DNA from: Mobula hypostoma
Lineage: Eukaryota
Length of the DNA stretch: 64,000 nucleotides
Reading direction: 5' to 3'
NCBI RefSeq assembly: GCF_963921235.1
Contig: NC_086097.1
Coordinates: forward strand, 137,146,001 to 137,210,000
Shown here: piece by piece, positions 1 to 13,339 of the stretch
How positions within the stretch are numbered: the first letter of the stretch is position 1
How the letters are laid out: the number at the start of each line of letters is the position of its first letter
The notes under the pieces: generated by a model
The model's input: only the letters and a program-made list of their open reading frames with translations
Told to the model about the DNA's origin: nothing
Database searches by the model: none
Made by a program: the position numbers and the translations under genes

Positions 1-3000
1 AAAAACCCCCGCATGTCCACCGTCCTCCCAGTCTCTCCTCCGACTCCCCTCCAAAAACCCCTGCACGTCCACTGTCCTTCTGGTCTCTCCTCCGACTCCC
101 CACCAAAACTCCCGCACGTCCACCGTCCTCCCACTCTCTCCTCCAACTCCCCGCCAAAACCCCCGCACGTCCACCGTCCTCCTCGTCTCTCCTCCAACTC
201 CCCGCCAAAACCCCCGCACGTCCACCGTCCTCCCAGTCTCTCCTCCAACTCCCCGCCAAAACCCCGCACGTCCACCGTCCTCCCGTCTCTCCTCTGACTC
301 CCCCCCCAAAACCCCGTCCACCATCCTCCTCGTCTCTCCTCTGACTCCCCTCCAAAAACCACCACACGTCCAGCGTCCTCCCCGTCTCTCCTCCAACTCC
401 CCCCAAAAACCCCCGCACGTCCGCTGTCCTCCTTGCCTCTCCTCCGACTCCCCTCCAAAAACCCCATCCACCGTCCTCCTCATCTTTCCTCCGCCTCCCC
501 GCCAAAAACCCCCACACATCCACCGTCCTCCTCGTCTCTCCTCCAACTCCCCGCCAAAACCCCCGCACGTCCACCGTCCTCCCAGTCTCTCCTCCGACTC
601 CACGCCAAAAACCCCCGCATGTCCACTGTCCTCGTCCCTCCTCCAACTCCCCACCTCAAAACCCCCGCACGTCCACCGTCCTCCCGTCTCTCCTCTGACT
701 CCCCCCCCAAAACCCCATCCACCATCCTCCTCGTCTCTCCTCTGACTCCCCTCCAAAAACCACCACACGTCCAGCGTCCTCCCCGTCTCTCCTCCAACTC
801 CCCCCAAAAACCCCCGCACGTCCGCTGTCCTCCTTGCCTCTCCTCCGACTCCCCTCCAAAAACCCCATCCACCGTCCTCCTCATCTTTCCTCCGCCTCCC
901 CGCCAAAAACCCCCACACATCCACCGTCCTCCTCGTCTCTCCTCCAACTCCCCGCCAAAACCCCCGCACGTCCACCGTCCTCCCAGCCTCTCCTCCGACT
1001 CCACGCCAAAAACCCCCGCATGTCCACCGTCCTCCCCGTCTCTCCTCCGACTCCCCGCCCAAAACCCCCGCATGTCCACCGTCCTCCCAGTCTCTCCTCC
1101 GACTCCCCGCCAAAAACCCCCGCACGTCCAGCGTCCTCCCCGTCTCTCCTCCAACTCCCTTCCAAAAACCCCGTCCACCGTCCTCCCCGTCTCTCCTCTG
1201 ACTCCCCCCCAAAACCCCAGCACTTCCACCGTCCTTCCAGTCTCTCCTCCGACTCCTCGCCAAAAACCCCCACACGTCCACTGTCCTCGTCCCTCCTCCA
1301 ACTCCCCACCTCAAAACCCCCGCACGTCCACCGTCCTCCCAGTCTCTCCTCCAACTCCCCCCAAAAACCCCGTCCGCCATCCTCCCAGTCTCTCCTCCGA
1401 CTCCCCCCAAAAACCCCGTCCACCGTCCCCCCAGTCTCTCCTCCGACTCCCCCCAAAAACCCCCGCACGTCCGCCGTCCTCCTCATCTCTCCTCCGACTC
1501 CCCCCAAAAACCCCATCCACCATCCTCCTCGTCTCTCCTCTGACTCCCCGCCAAAAACCCCCACACGTCCACTGTCCTCGTCCCTCCTCCAACTCCCCAC
1601 CCCAAAACCCCCGCATGTCCAACATCCTCACAGTTTCTCCTCCGACTCCCTGCCAAAACCCCCACACGTCCACCGTCCTCCCGTCTCTCCTCTGACTCCC
1701 CCCACAAAACCCCGCACGTCCACCGTCCTCCCGTCTCTCCTCCAACTCCCCGCCAAAAAACCCCGCACGTCCACCGTCCTCCCGTCTCTCCTCTGACTCC
1801 CGCCCAAAACCCCGCACGTCCACCGTCCTCCCAGTCTCTCCTCCGACTCCCCCCAAAAACCCGTCCACCGTCCTCCCAGTCTCTCCTCCAACTCCCCCCA
1901 AAAACCCCGTCCACCGTCCTCCCAGTCTCTCCTCCGACTCCCCCCAAAAACCCCGTCCACCGTCCTCCTCGTCTCTCCTCCGACTCCCCAAAAAACTCCG
2001 TCCACCGTCCTCCTCGTCTCTCCTCCGACTCCCCCCCCCAAAAACCCCGTCCACCATCCTCCCAGTCTCTCCTCCGACTCCCCCCAAAAACCCCGTCCAC
2101 CGTCCTCCCAGTCTCTCCTCCGACTCCCCACCAAAAACCCCGTCCACCATCCTCCTCGTCTCTCCTCTGACTCCCCTCCAAAAACCCCCACACGTCCAGC
2201 GGTCTCCCCGTCTCTCCTCCGACTCCCCCCAAAAACCCCGTCCACCGTCCTCCCCGTCTCTCCTCCGACTCCCCCCAAAAACCCCCGCCCATCCGCCGTC
2301 CTCCTTGTCTCTCCTTCGACTCCCCGCCAAAAACCCCGCACGTCCACCGTCCTCCCCGTCTCTCCTCTGACTCCCCACCAAAACCCCATCCACCGTCCTC
2401 CCCGTCTCTCCTCCAACTCCCCGTCTCTCCACCGTCCTCCCCGTCTCTCCTCCGACTCCCCACCAAAACCCCGCACGTCCACCGTCCTCCCGGTTTCTCC
2501 TCCAACTCCCCCGCCAAAACCCCCGCACGTCCACCGTCCTCCCAGTCTCTCCTCCGACTCCCCCCAAAAACCCCGTCCACCGTCCTCCCAGTCTCTCCTC
2601 CAACTCCCCCCCAAAAACCCCGTCCACCATCCTCCTCGTCTCTCCTCCGACTCCCCCAAAAAACCCCGTCCACCGTCCTCCTCGTCTCTCCTCCGACTCC
2701 CCCCCAAAAACCCCGTCCACCATCCTCCTCGTCTCTCCTCCGACTCCCCGCCAAAAACCCCCGCACGTCCACCGTCCTCCCAGTCTCTCCTCCGACTCCC
2801 CCCCAAAAACCCCGTCCACCATCCTCCTCGTCTCTCCTCTGACTCCCCTCCAAAAACCCCCACACGTCCAGCGATCTCCCGTCTCTCCTCCGACTCCCCC
2901 CAAAAACCCCCGCCCATCCGCCATCCTCCCCGTCTCTCCTCCGACTCCCCCCAAAAACCCCGTCCACCGTCCTCCTCGTCTCTCCTCTGACCCCCCCCAA

Positions 3001-3112
3001 AAACCCCGTCCACCGTCCTCCTCGTCTCTCCTCCGACTCCCCGTCAAAAACTCCTGCATGTCCACTGTCCTCCCCGTCTCTCCTCCAACTCCCCACCAAA
3101 ACCCCATCCACA
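1..3112. repeat. Intronic C-rich minisatellite, ~36-41 bp unit (CCCCGCACGTCCACCGTCCTCCC[A/C]GTCTCTCCTCC[G/A]ACTCCCCGCCAAAAA and 4-5 bp shorter variants); truncated by window start
   Basis: Directly visible tandem repetition. All long ORFs at 13-3144 are repetitive translations of it. Confidence 0.97.
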
Positions 3113-3518
3113 ATCATATGATACAGCATTGTATCCGAAAACAAAACAATACATGACCATCCATTGGTTAATAGCAGCCTGCTATCTCTAATAACCCAAG
3201 CAACTGTCTAGTTAGAGACTGTCTCAGCATTTAACATAACAAAGAAGCCATTTTAAATTTAACACGTGTTCTTGGAATATTCAGCTACATAGGTTTCACC
3301 ATCAGCTCTTGATTGCAGAGTTCGTGGTGTGAGCATTCCTGATATCTTTCATTTATACATGTCGTAACTGAGTTTTATAGTTATGGCAACAGCTTACATG
3401 TTATAACACCTGGCCCGGAGTTTAGTTGCAAAATGAAGCAATAAAGTTCAAAGCTTTCTAGTTTAAATTGGGAAAAGGTGTTCTTGCTAAGTGTGTTCGG
3501 AACTGCAAGGAAGCCTAC

Positions 3519-3617
3519 CTTCAATAGTTGCTTTACTGCTGCCTCGAGAGTCCAATTCTTTCTTTGGTTTTGTTTGTGAAGGTGAGCCTTGCCTGCCTCT
3601 GCTTCGAGATGCCTTCA
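3519..3617 (-). CDS. COL14A1: Collagen alpha-1(XIV)-like linker exon between FN3-1 and the expected vWA1 ((M)KASRSRGRQGSPSQTKPKKELDSRGSSKATIE)
   Basis: 99-bp open exon, ttttttttgacag acceptor and G|gtaggc donor, phase 1-1, continuing the frame. Basic, low-complexity linker at the position expected in collagen XIV. Not in the supplied ORF track. Confidence 0.8.
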
Positions 3618-3809
3618 CTGTCAAAAAAAAACCAAATGATTTTACCAAACATCACAGAATCTGATGACAGGTATTCAGCCCATAGCCCTGTCCTGGCTCT
3701 CCGAACTGGTTACCTCATTTGATTCTTACATTCTCCATGTGAAGTAGTCAAATGCTTTCTTACCAGTGAGGTCATGTCCCCACTTCTGGAAGTTACCGTG
3801 GTCTCAGGC

Positions 3810-4070
3810 ACAAAAGATTAGGCCACTCAGCCCCTCATACTGTCCTTTACTATTCATTAAGACCTTGGCCTCAGCTCACCACTTGCTGTCCTATTGACCA
3901 AGATCTACATTCTCTTTGAGTAAGTTCAGTGATCTAGTCTCCACAACTTCCTGGAATAAAGAATTTTAAAGATTCATAATTCTTTGGGAGAAAAAAATTA
4001 CTCCTCATCTTAGCCTTAACTGGGTGACGTCGTATTCTGAAACCATTCTCCATCCCACTTCTAGACCACC
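3810..4070 (-). mobile_element. Old CR1-type LINE 3' fragment
   Basis: Degenerate copy of the CR1 3' end seen intact at 34110-34400 (taggccactcagccc..., aaattactcctcatct). Confidence 0.5.
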
Positions 4071-4104
4071 CCACCCCCCACACAGAGGGGCATCCTCCCA
4101 ATGT

Positions 4105-4400
4105 TGTTTGCTTAGTTAGAGATACAGTGCGAACAGACCCTTCTGGTCCACTGAGTGGCACCTCCCAGTGACCCACCGATTTAACCCCAGCCTAATCACA
4201 GGACAATTTACAATCACCAATTAGCCAACTAACCAGAACACCGTTGGACTGTGGGAGGAAACTGGAGCACCCGAAGACAACCATGCACACACAGGAAGGA
4301 ACGTACAAACTTGCTCACAGAGGGTTCCAAAATTGAACTCTGAACTCCATCCCCTCCCCTTCCCACAATCTGTAATAGCATGGTGCTAACCGTTACACAG
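4105..4400 (-). mobile_element. tRNA-derived V-type SINE (HE1-like)
   Basis: V-domain-like motif gactgtgggaggaaactggagcacccg...caaact, plus a degenerate tRNA head near 4330-4400. Confidence 0.65.
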
Positions 4401-5829
4401 ACCGAGTTTACATAGTCACTCGGATCCCACCAACCCCCAGTGCAGGTGAAGGGCGTCAACCTGGAACATTGTCTGCCCTTTTCCCTCCACTGATGCTGCC
4501 TGACTTGCTAAGCTCTCCCAGCATCTTATTAATAGCTCCCCCCCCTCAGAATTATTTGTTTCAATAAGATCACCTTCCATTCTTCTGAAAAAGTAGATTC
4601 AAGCAGCTGCCCCAAGATCCTTTCTAAATTTGCTCTCAGTTTTGAATGAGCCGTGAGAAAATAGTTATTAAGGAAGGCACATTAACACGCATTAAAAAGC
4701 CACCTAGGCAAGTAGACAATTAAAAGAAGTTTAGAGGGCTGTGGGACTAGCACACTGGGCAATACAGTTGACATGAATGAGTTAGGCTGTATGACCAATT
4801 GTAGATTCAACCTGCCTAATTATTCCTCATAAGACAACCCCTTCATCCTGAGTATCAACCCAGTGATTGGATTGGCCTCCGAACCAAGTACTGTACACCC
4901 ATTCTTAAATAAAAACCAAAATCACACCTTTCTACCAGTGTGGGCTCAACGATGCCCTGTGCAGACACAGCAAGACATTCCTGCTGATAAAGTCCAACTG
5001 CTTTGGAAAAGCGGCCAACACCCCACCTGCCTTAAACTCTGTTAGAGCGACACACTTGGAAACTTTTATGGTACTAGGTTAGCTGATTTTCCAGACCATT
5101 AAATGTCATTTTTTCACTCTTCCAAGATGCCGTAATATTTTCTTTAAATGTTACACAGTGTGATCACCTTTCCCCCAGTGAACCCAATAAGTTTAAAGTG
5201 ACAATGGGAATGAAAGGCATACACTGCAGACACAGAGCACAACAAATTTTACACGTAGATTATCATTGGTTATACCTGCACGTTATAGGTGCATCATCCC
5301 TTTTCTACCTCAACATTCTGAAATCTCTCTCCAGTTAAACAAAGTTCTTCCTTTCTGTTCCAACATACTAAGCGATGACCCCCGATTCACCTCATCGTCC
5401 TCTACCTGCCAAATATGTCCACTCACTAATTTAGACATAACCCTTTGCAGACTCTGTATCCTCTCACAGTTTGCTCTGCCACCCACCTGTGTACTATTGG
5501 TCCCCCAGTACCTCCATCACAGTAATTATTCAGTCAGTAAATAGCATCTAACCATCTGCAGAGCATCCCACCCCTGCTTGTTTGAGTTTGTGTCTATTTT
5601 GCTGCAATGTTATCCAATCTTTGTCTCAGAACTATTTAAAAACTTTCCCACAAAACCCTTTTGCACAAGGCTATTCACCAGAACCAGTTGATAACGGAAG
5701 GCTGGAGAACAATTAATGACCAAAGCATTGATTGTTAAGGGATAGTTTACAACGTTCATCACAAAATAATCATTCTAGACCTGTTGAAACTTCAGATAAT
5801 ATTGAAAAGTACACAGAGCCTAGATAAAA

Positions 5830-6225
5830 ATGCATAGGAACAGACTCTTGAACCCACCATGTTTAAGCCAAACACAATGACAAATTAGACTGGTCTCTTC
5901 TGCCTGCGCATGATCAACTCTATCTAAAAGCCTTTCAAATGCACCTGCATGCATAAAACATGTTTTGCCCTGCTTCCTGCCTGTTCACATGTCTAAATGC
6001 TTCTTAAACATTGCTATCATATCTGTTTCCATTACCACCCCTGTCAGCCCATTCCAAACACCTACCATATTCTGTACAAAATAAACCTTCCCCAAACACC
6101 ACCTTTAAACTTTTCCCCCCTCACCTTGAGGATACGCCCTCTAGTATCCAACATTTCTACCCTGGGAAAAAAAGTTCTTGCGGTCTTTCTTATCTATGCT
6201 CATAATTTTTATAAACTTCTCAAAA
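5830..6225 (-). mobile_element. Old CR1-type LINE 3' fragment
   Basis: Resembles the copies at 51550-52340 and 53810-54240 (ttctaccctgggaaaaa...atctatgc). Confidence 0.55.
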
Positions 6226-6459
6226 GAAAATTGTCTGGATAAAAATAGTACATAGTCAAAACATGTTCTTAATAACCTGGAATGTACTGCCTAAAAACCG
6301 CATATTTAACAACAAAAGCAGTGTCCGTAATAATGATGAATATGTACTTAAAGAAGAAATATTGGTGGGTCTCTGGGGAGGGAAGAGGGCAATGGGACTG
6401 ATTGCTGAGTTTATTCCAATAGACAGTTTATGCTCAATAGGTCAAATTAAACTCCTTGT

Positions 6460-6642
6460 GGAAACCTGATTGGATGAGGACTAACCAATCAGGAGGGACA
6501 GACTACAGGGTTATAAATACCACCGGAGTAGACATGCCCAGGCATCATCCCCGATGACGATGGCAGAGTTAATCATCAAAACGTCATCTGTAATCGATAC
6601 CTATACCCGGCTGGAAAAGCCTAAGGAGAGTTTATTCATTCT
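6460..6642 (+). mobile_element. Penelope-like element pseudo-LTR (second family) with a degenerate hammerhead motif
   Basis: CCAAT-containing inverted repeat (cctgattgg..ccaatcagg), then TATAAATA, then CcGATGA-stem-aAAACGTC, a layout typical of PLE pLTRs. Confidence 0.55.
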
Positions 6643-7555
6643 TGCAGTTACTCTATCATTCAGTGAAAGTTTATATAAAATTTTCAGCCTAATCTTGTAT
6701 AGGAAACAGCTACTTGTGTTCATGAAGATGTTCAAATTATAGAACTATCACTCAGTGATAACTTTAACAACATTATTAAGACCCTCTCGTTGTTACCCTA
6801 GATTACAGGAAGAGCCATAACCATTGATAGATGATATCCTGAAGTATTTACAGCTGCAAAATCTGTTACTGGAACCTAACAAAGTTAGGTCTAAAAAAAG
6901 TTGTATAATTAATTAGCATTTACAAATATGCAGTTTAGTCCAAAATATATTATAAATTGATAAGACTTCAAAAAGCAACAGAACTTTTTAATTGAAGTGA
7001 TCAACAATTGCATGTTACTTTACAGGAATGTTATCAATAAAATTGACCCCAAATGCAGGAAAAAAAATACAGCAGGGAATAAAAGCTGAGTTGGAGAAGT
7101 AGTTTCAGGAGCAAATAGAAGAAGTGGAGAGATTTATGAAGGGGAAATGTAAAACCAAGACCCAAGCAGAAGGTTGGACTGCAGGCGGGGAAGCCACTGA
7201 ATTCAAAGACTCTCCACAGGTCAGAGAAGGAACACAGAGATCCACAAGGTCTGACCAGTGGGACAGGAGGGGCTGTGGAAGGATTTAAACACAAGGTAAA
7301 GAAATTTTAAAATCAGGCTTTGTTGAACTGACAAACCATATAGGGAGCAATGTGAGGGGAAGATGGAGCAAGACAGGAGCAGTTTTTACTGAGCTCGAGT
7401 TTATGAAGGACAGAAATAGGAGACAATGGAATAGCCATGTCATGATATCACTCTAAATTGTAAATGTGCACCTGATCCGACTCGAACTGCGTAGCTGGGT
7501 TAGGTAACTACTTGGGTACCCAGCATCCCCACCTCGTCCAATTCGAGATACTTAC

Positions 7556-7699
7556 TTGTAAACCGGCCCATAGCTGGTGAACTTTCTTTTTTATTGTTGA
7601 TGGCAAACAGCTGTACTACATACTCCTGGTTTGGGAGGAGTCCTTCCACAACAGCCGCCGTTTCACCCTTCCGTATGCTTAGCATCTGGGGTCTGCCAC
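7556..7699 (-). CDS. COL14A1: Collagen alpha-1(XIV)-like exon, second half of the N-terminal FN3 domain ((G)GRPQMLSIRKGETAAVVEGLLPNQEYVVQLFAINNKKESSPAMGRFT)
   Basis: 144-bp exon, ttttcaataacag acceptor and A|gtaagt donor, phase 1-1. FN3 signature GLxPxxEYxVxLxA..KESxP. Confidence 0.93.
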
Positions 7700-8244
7700 C
7701 TGTTATTGAAAACAAAGTGAAATGTGAGAGAAAGACGCAAAGCACAAAAAGTGTGGTAACGACGATGTGTATTTATGTAGCAACGTAAAACGGTGCAGGA
7801 CGTCCCACAGACATATTATCAACAAAAGCCACATGTGGAAATACTAGCACAAATGATCAAAAGACAGGGAAAGCAAAGTAAGTTTTCAGGGCAGTCTTCT
7901 GTAAAGGAGGAGGTGGGGAGACCTACAGAGGGAATTCTAAGGTGTGAGGATTTTTTGTTTCCTCAAAGTGGTGGATCACTGGAATTCTCTGCCTTGGAGT
8001 GTTGTGAAGGGTGGATCACTGGAGATATCAGGAGGAGGAGGTCGAAAATGTTCTGTAAGAAAGATTGAGGAATTGAGGACTATGGGGATCTGGCAAAGAA
8101 AAGGGGCAGATCAGGCATGATTGCATTTTAGCAGGGCCAGCTTGAGCTAACAAGTGGCCTACTCCTGTTTTTTTTTGAGTACTCTGTGCAATCTAGCACT
8201 CAGGATCTTAACAACTGAAGGCATAAGTTGTAGACACTAAATTA

Positions 8245-8550
8245 GGATGGAACAGTAACATGGCGGTTAGTGCAGTGCTTTATGTGATCGGGGTTCGATT
8301 CTTGCCACCGACTGCAAAGTGTTTGTATGTTCTCCCTGTGAACGCACAGGTTTCCTCCGGGTGCCCACATTCTAAAGACGTACACGTTAAGGTTAGTAGG
8401 TTGTGGGTATGCTGTGTTGGCACCAGAAGCTTGGCAACACTGGCGGGCTGCCCCCAGCACGTCCTCAGACTGTACTGGTCATTAACGCACACAATACATT
8501 TTACTGTGTGTTTCAATGTACACACGACAAATAAAGCTAGTCTCCTTCAT
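8245..8550 (+). mobile_element. tRNA-derived V-type SINE
   Basis: A-box-like tggcggttag and B-box ggttcgattc, followed by V-domain gtttgtatgttctccctgtg...ggtttcctccgggtgc. 3' tail gacaaataaagc. Confidence 0.7.
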
Positions 8551-9389
8551 CTTTAATTCCCAGACAAGTTCGAGAGAAGAACTGGAAGAGAGTAGAGATT
8601 TTAAAAGAGTCGCAGGACGAGGTTAGAGACAAGGGAGGGGTAAAGCCATGGAGGAATTTGTAAGCAGGGAGAAAATTTTTTAAAGATATTGACTACTGAG
8701 AATCCAGCACAGCAAGAGGGTTTGGACGACCAGAGGTTTAAAGGGAAGAGAATCAAGCTGGGAGTGAACAAGTGGTTTGAGTCAGTGAAGAACAGAACAG
8801 ATCAGAGGTCATTCCGACCATTTCTCTCCCCAGTTTCCAACCAATGGTGCTTCCCAAATTTCCACATCCTATCCGATCAGCATCGCAGCTCCATTGACTT
8901 GCCCAGGTTCCACAATCTCAACACACCGGCCTTACAAACATCAAGCCTGTCACAGACCTAAAGACGCATTTGACTACCAAGCTCAGCTTTCTTTGAATTT
9001 CCAAAATTCTGGAGCAAAACCGAACAATACACTGGCCTCAGGAACACAGAATATTGACACTCGACTATTAATGAGCAGAATTCCTGAAGATGACAGTGTT
9101 ATCAGAGCATGAACAAGCAGCATTTCCTCGTGCCCTCTGCTTCCATCTTGCTGCACAGACCTGAATTATTGAACTCAGCTTGGAAACAACATCCCCGCCA
9201 GAAAAACAGGTAACTTCACAGACAGTGCTGCAGGGCGCAGTACAAAGCAAACAACCCAGCAAGGAATTGTATCCTCACTAGCAAGGAAGCAGTCCCAACC
9301 TTGCCAAATGGATACAGTATAATTAATAGCTGCAAATCTTGAACTAATTTGCAATAAAGAATAGTAGTAAGTTCAAACTCTGGAACAGA

Positions 9390-10620
9390 TGTATTATAGT
9401 CGCCAAACAATTGATACTAGAACGTACAATCATCATAGTGATATTTGATTCTGCGCTTCCCACTCCCTGGATTACAAATCGATAGTAAATATTAAAAATT
9501 TAAATTATAAATCATAAATAGAAAATAGAAAAATGGAAAGTAAGGTAGTGCAAAAAACCAAGAGGCAGGTCCGGATATTTGGAGGGTACGGCCCAGATCC
9601 GGGTCAGGATCTGTTCAGCAGTCTTATCACAGTTGGAAAGAAGCTGTTCCCAAATCTGGCCGTATGAGTCTTCAAGCTCCTGAGCCTTCTCCTGGAGGGA
9701 AGAGGGATGAAAAGTGTGTTGGCTGGGTGGGTCATGTCCTTGATTATCCTGGCAGCACTGCTCCGACAGCATGCGCTGTAAAGTGAGTCCAAGGATGGAA
9801 GATTGGTTTGTGTGATGTGCTGCACCGTGTTCATGATCTTCTGCAGCTTCTTCTGGTCTTGGACAGGACAACTTCCATACCAGGTTGTGATGCACCCTAG
9901 AAGAATGCTTTCTACGGTGCATCTATAAAAATTAGTGAGGGTTTTAGGGGACAGGCCAAATTTCTTTAGTTTTCTCAGGAAGTAAAGGCGCTGGTGGGCC
10001 TTCTTGGCAGTGAACTCTGCTTGGTTGGACCAAGTCAGGTCATTTGTGATATTGACCCCCCGGAACTTAAAGCTTTTGACCTGTTCCACTTGCATACCAC
10101 CGATGTAAATTGGGTCGTGCGGTCTGCTACTCCTTCTGAAGTCAACAACCAATTTCTTCGTCTTGCTGACGTTGAGGGATAGGTTATTGTCTTCGCACCA
10201 TACCACCAGGTTCTTAATTTCCTCTCTGTACTCAAACTCATCATTACCTGAGATAACGGCCTACAATTGTGGTGTCATCAGCAAACTTATATATTGAGTT
10301 TGATGGAAACTTGGCTACACAATCATGGGTGTACAGTAAGTACAGCAGGGGGCTGAGTACACAGCCTTGTGGGGCACCGGTGCTCAGAGTGATTGTAGAG
10401 GAGAGCTTATCCCCTATTTTTACAGCCTGGGTTCTGTCTGTGAGGAAGTTGAAGATCCAGCTGCAGATCTGAGTGTTAAGGCCCAGGTTCCGGAGCTTAG
10501 GAATCAGTTTATTTGGAATGATGGTATTAAAGGCAGAGCTGTAGTCGATGAAAAGGAGCCTTATGTATGCGTCTTTATTTTCCAGGTGTTCTAAGGAGGA
10601 ATGTAGGGCCAGAGAGATGG
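9390..10620 (-). mobile_element. Rex1/Babar-type non-LTR retrotransposon, 5'-truncated, RT C-terminal half plus 3'UTR, one frameshift
   Basis: ORFs 10244-10678 and 9604-10206 carry [32 protein letters not shown] and KKAHQRLYFLRKL. They join by removing one base near 10255. Confidence 0.9.
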
Positions 10621-13339
10621 CACAGGATGCTACTAATACCCTGTTGGTCAATCCATTATCCACATACGCTATGGTCACGCTTTTATTGATGTTACCGGAT
10701 GATGAACCAGCTGTGAGGAGCTCCTTCCAGACAACTCAGACATGGCTCTTGATGCTTTTGCTTCTTAGGCAGCCCATAAGGGTTGAGGGTAACTTGCTTC
10801 CAGTCTGGTTTGTGGGAATTGTAGTGCTGATGTGGGATTCTCAGTCTCATCCACAGACAGGACAGTAAGTGACTGACAGGGCCCCTGCCTCTGCTTACAC
10901 AGGCTTCTGAGTGCTCCTAATGCACAGCCTCGAGCTCCCTTTATTCTGAGGCTGTGTCTCAAAGAGGTAGCTTTGGAAGGGAATGCCCAAGCTCGGTGCC
11001 TGGAGACGAGGAGCTATTGACAATGAAAAACTAAATTCAGGAATATTCAACAGACCGGAATTGGAAGTGGGCAGAGATCTGGAAGGTCTGTAGGATCTAC
11101 AGGGATTGGGACGAGATGAGGCAAAGGAGGGGTTTCCCCACAAGGATCTGCTCAGCTTGTGAAGTTTTGAGCAGACAGAGGAAGCCCTGATCTAAAACCC
11201 CCAGCCAGTATGAGGCCCGACTCTGTCTGCCAATAATGACAGGAACAATCCATCAACAGCGCTAACCTGTAACAGGCCCAAAGGCAGGTACAACACCTGG
11301 TTTCAGGATGGGTGGAGGTTTAAGGAAGATTTTAAGACAATTAAATAGGGCAGAAAGAAAAGCCATTTTCTCTGGAGAATTGACGAGGGAAAGGGGGAGA
11401 AAAGCAGAACAAAGCTGAGGGTGGGCGGGGGGGGTGTGAAATAAATTTAGAGAAAGGCTTTTGAAGGTGATGTCAGAAAGCATAAAATGATAGGAACTTT
11501 AGAACCACCATCATTTCAATGCTGGTGAATGAAAAGCTACTCAACCAAATCCCACCCTCCCGCAGCAGACTGGTGGCACTGCATGTTACGGCAATCAAGT
11601 GCACATCCTTCTTCTGTTTGACTATGAACAGCCCTCTGTCTCTCACATCTTTTCAGACAGCAAGTTCCAGACACCATCAATCACCCTGTTTCCTAATTTC
11701 CCCTCGAACTTGTCTATCAATTACTCTCAATTCTCTGTCCCTGGGATTGGATCCTTCTACTGTATGAACTGAACTACAGCCCCAGCGTAAGCCAGGCACT
11801 CCTCACCAAGTTATTACCAGGTTCCAAACCCAAGAACTGTCCTTAACCTAAACAGTTTGCAGGTCAGAAATGTGACCTCCAGGCAATAATACGTAAATAG
11901 AAACACGGGCCAACTGAGGGCATCGTTAAACCAATGTATTTAAGTCAACCATTCAAACTTCTCTGCCTGAAGCATTGTTATTGCAAAGAAACAAGCAAGT
12001 CCCCACACGGCAGTCGCCATCAAGTCCATCCCACTGGCATCCCAAACACTCATTCTTACGTACAGGATACTGTATTCACAAGTAAAGCATTCATGAGCTG
12101 GGGAGGGTCTGCATTGCAGTGTTTGTACATAGCAAGTTTAGATTTGAAATTAAATAATGGAGGAACTTCCCATTTGCCGTTTAGCCTCCCGCTGGCCTGT
12201 TCTGTTACCACTCCAAAGTCTTCTTGCTCCCCCACACCAGTCAATGCCCTCCTGTTTATTGTATGTTCCCTTCCCACGCTGCCCCACGTCACATTTCTGT
12301 GCAGATAATCCCACTCGCCACCACTCAACCCAACTGACCAGACTATCCTGCTGGCTAAAACCTCAGACACACGATCACCATTTATATCATCATCCACAAC
12401 CACTTTCAACATACTCCCGACAATCAGAGAACAAGGGATCACTGGAACAGTCTGCCAGTTACAACACATCTGCTAACCAGTAACCTTTCCTTCTCCAGTG
12501 ACAGCCCCATTAGACCTTGTTAAAAGACAACTTTATATTGTGCATTTTGTTATTGTCCCTTCCTATTACCTCAATGTACCTGTGTGGAATGAACAGTGTG
12601 TGAAGTCATGCAAACAAAGGAACTTTCACTCTATCATGGTATGTGACAACAATAAACCATTTACCAAAAGCCTTGAAATCTATTTAGCCCACATCAATGG
12701 ACCATCCTCATTGCCCCTCCTGTCGTCTCCTCAAAAGAATGCATTAAGCATTGTAAACAGTTGTACTATCTCAAATACGCATCATCCACATATATATCCT
12801 CTGCACTTTCTTCAATGGATCCTTTGCCTCAGTAGTATAGCATACATAGTAAGCCATACTGTTCAACAATGGTTTGTCAAAAGTATCTATAGCAACTAGT
12901 TTGCAATAAATCTGTGTGAAGTTTTCCCCTTGCTAACCTGCCTCAGTCCTTTTATGTTACTGAGCCCTGAGGAATCATCTCTCCAAGAAAAGATCCAAAA
13001 AAAAATCAAAGAGTCAGCTTGTTTTGTCTAACACTTGTTGGGAGATCTGGTATCATCAATGGAGAAATCAGACCTTTCCCTCAGCCACGCCATTGAAAAG
13101 AGGCATTTTATTACAGGTGAAAAGCAACAAGCTAACAAACTGGCAGGCAGACCCTTCCAGGTGATTCCTAGAACTCAGAAGAGGCAACATTAAAATTATA
13201 GGATAATGGCTCCGTCTGTCTGAGTAGACAATGGATGCGGCCTGGGGGCGCAGACCTGGGCGATGAATATGGAGATCCTGGGCTGCCCAGACATCAAGAT
13301 CCCCCTCTCGGCCTCGCGGATGTGGTCCAAAGGAATGCG

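Noticed and set aside
13..3144. Long Pro-rich and Gly/Arg/Glu-rich ORFs (up to 600 aa) resembling extensin or mucin
   Set aside because: Open in many frames on both strands because the minisatellite unit is poor in stop codons; no splice signals linking them to the gene.
8245..8330. tRNA-like A/B boxes (also at ~16100-16180, ~49420-49445 and ~63750-63820) as tRNA genes
   Set aside because: No complete cloverleaf; where traceable they continue into SINE bodies and tails.
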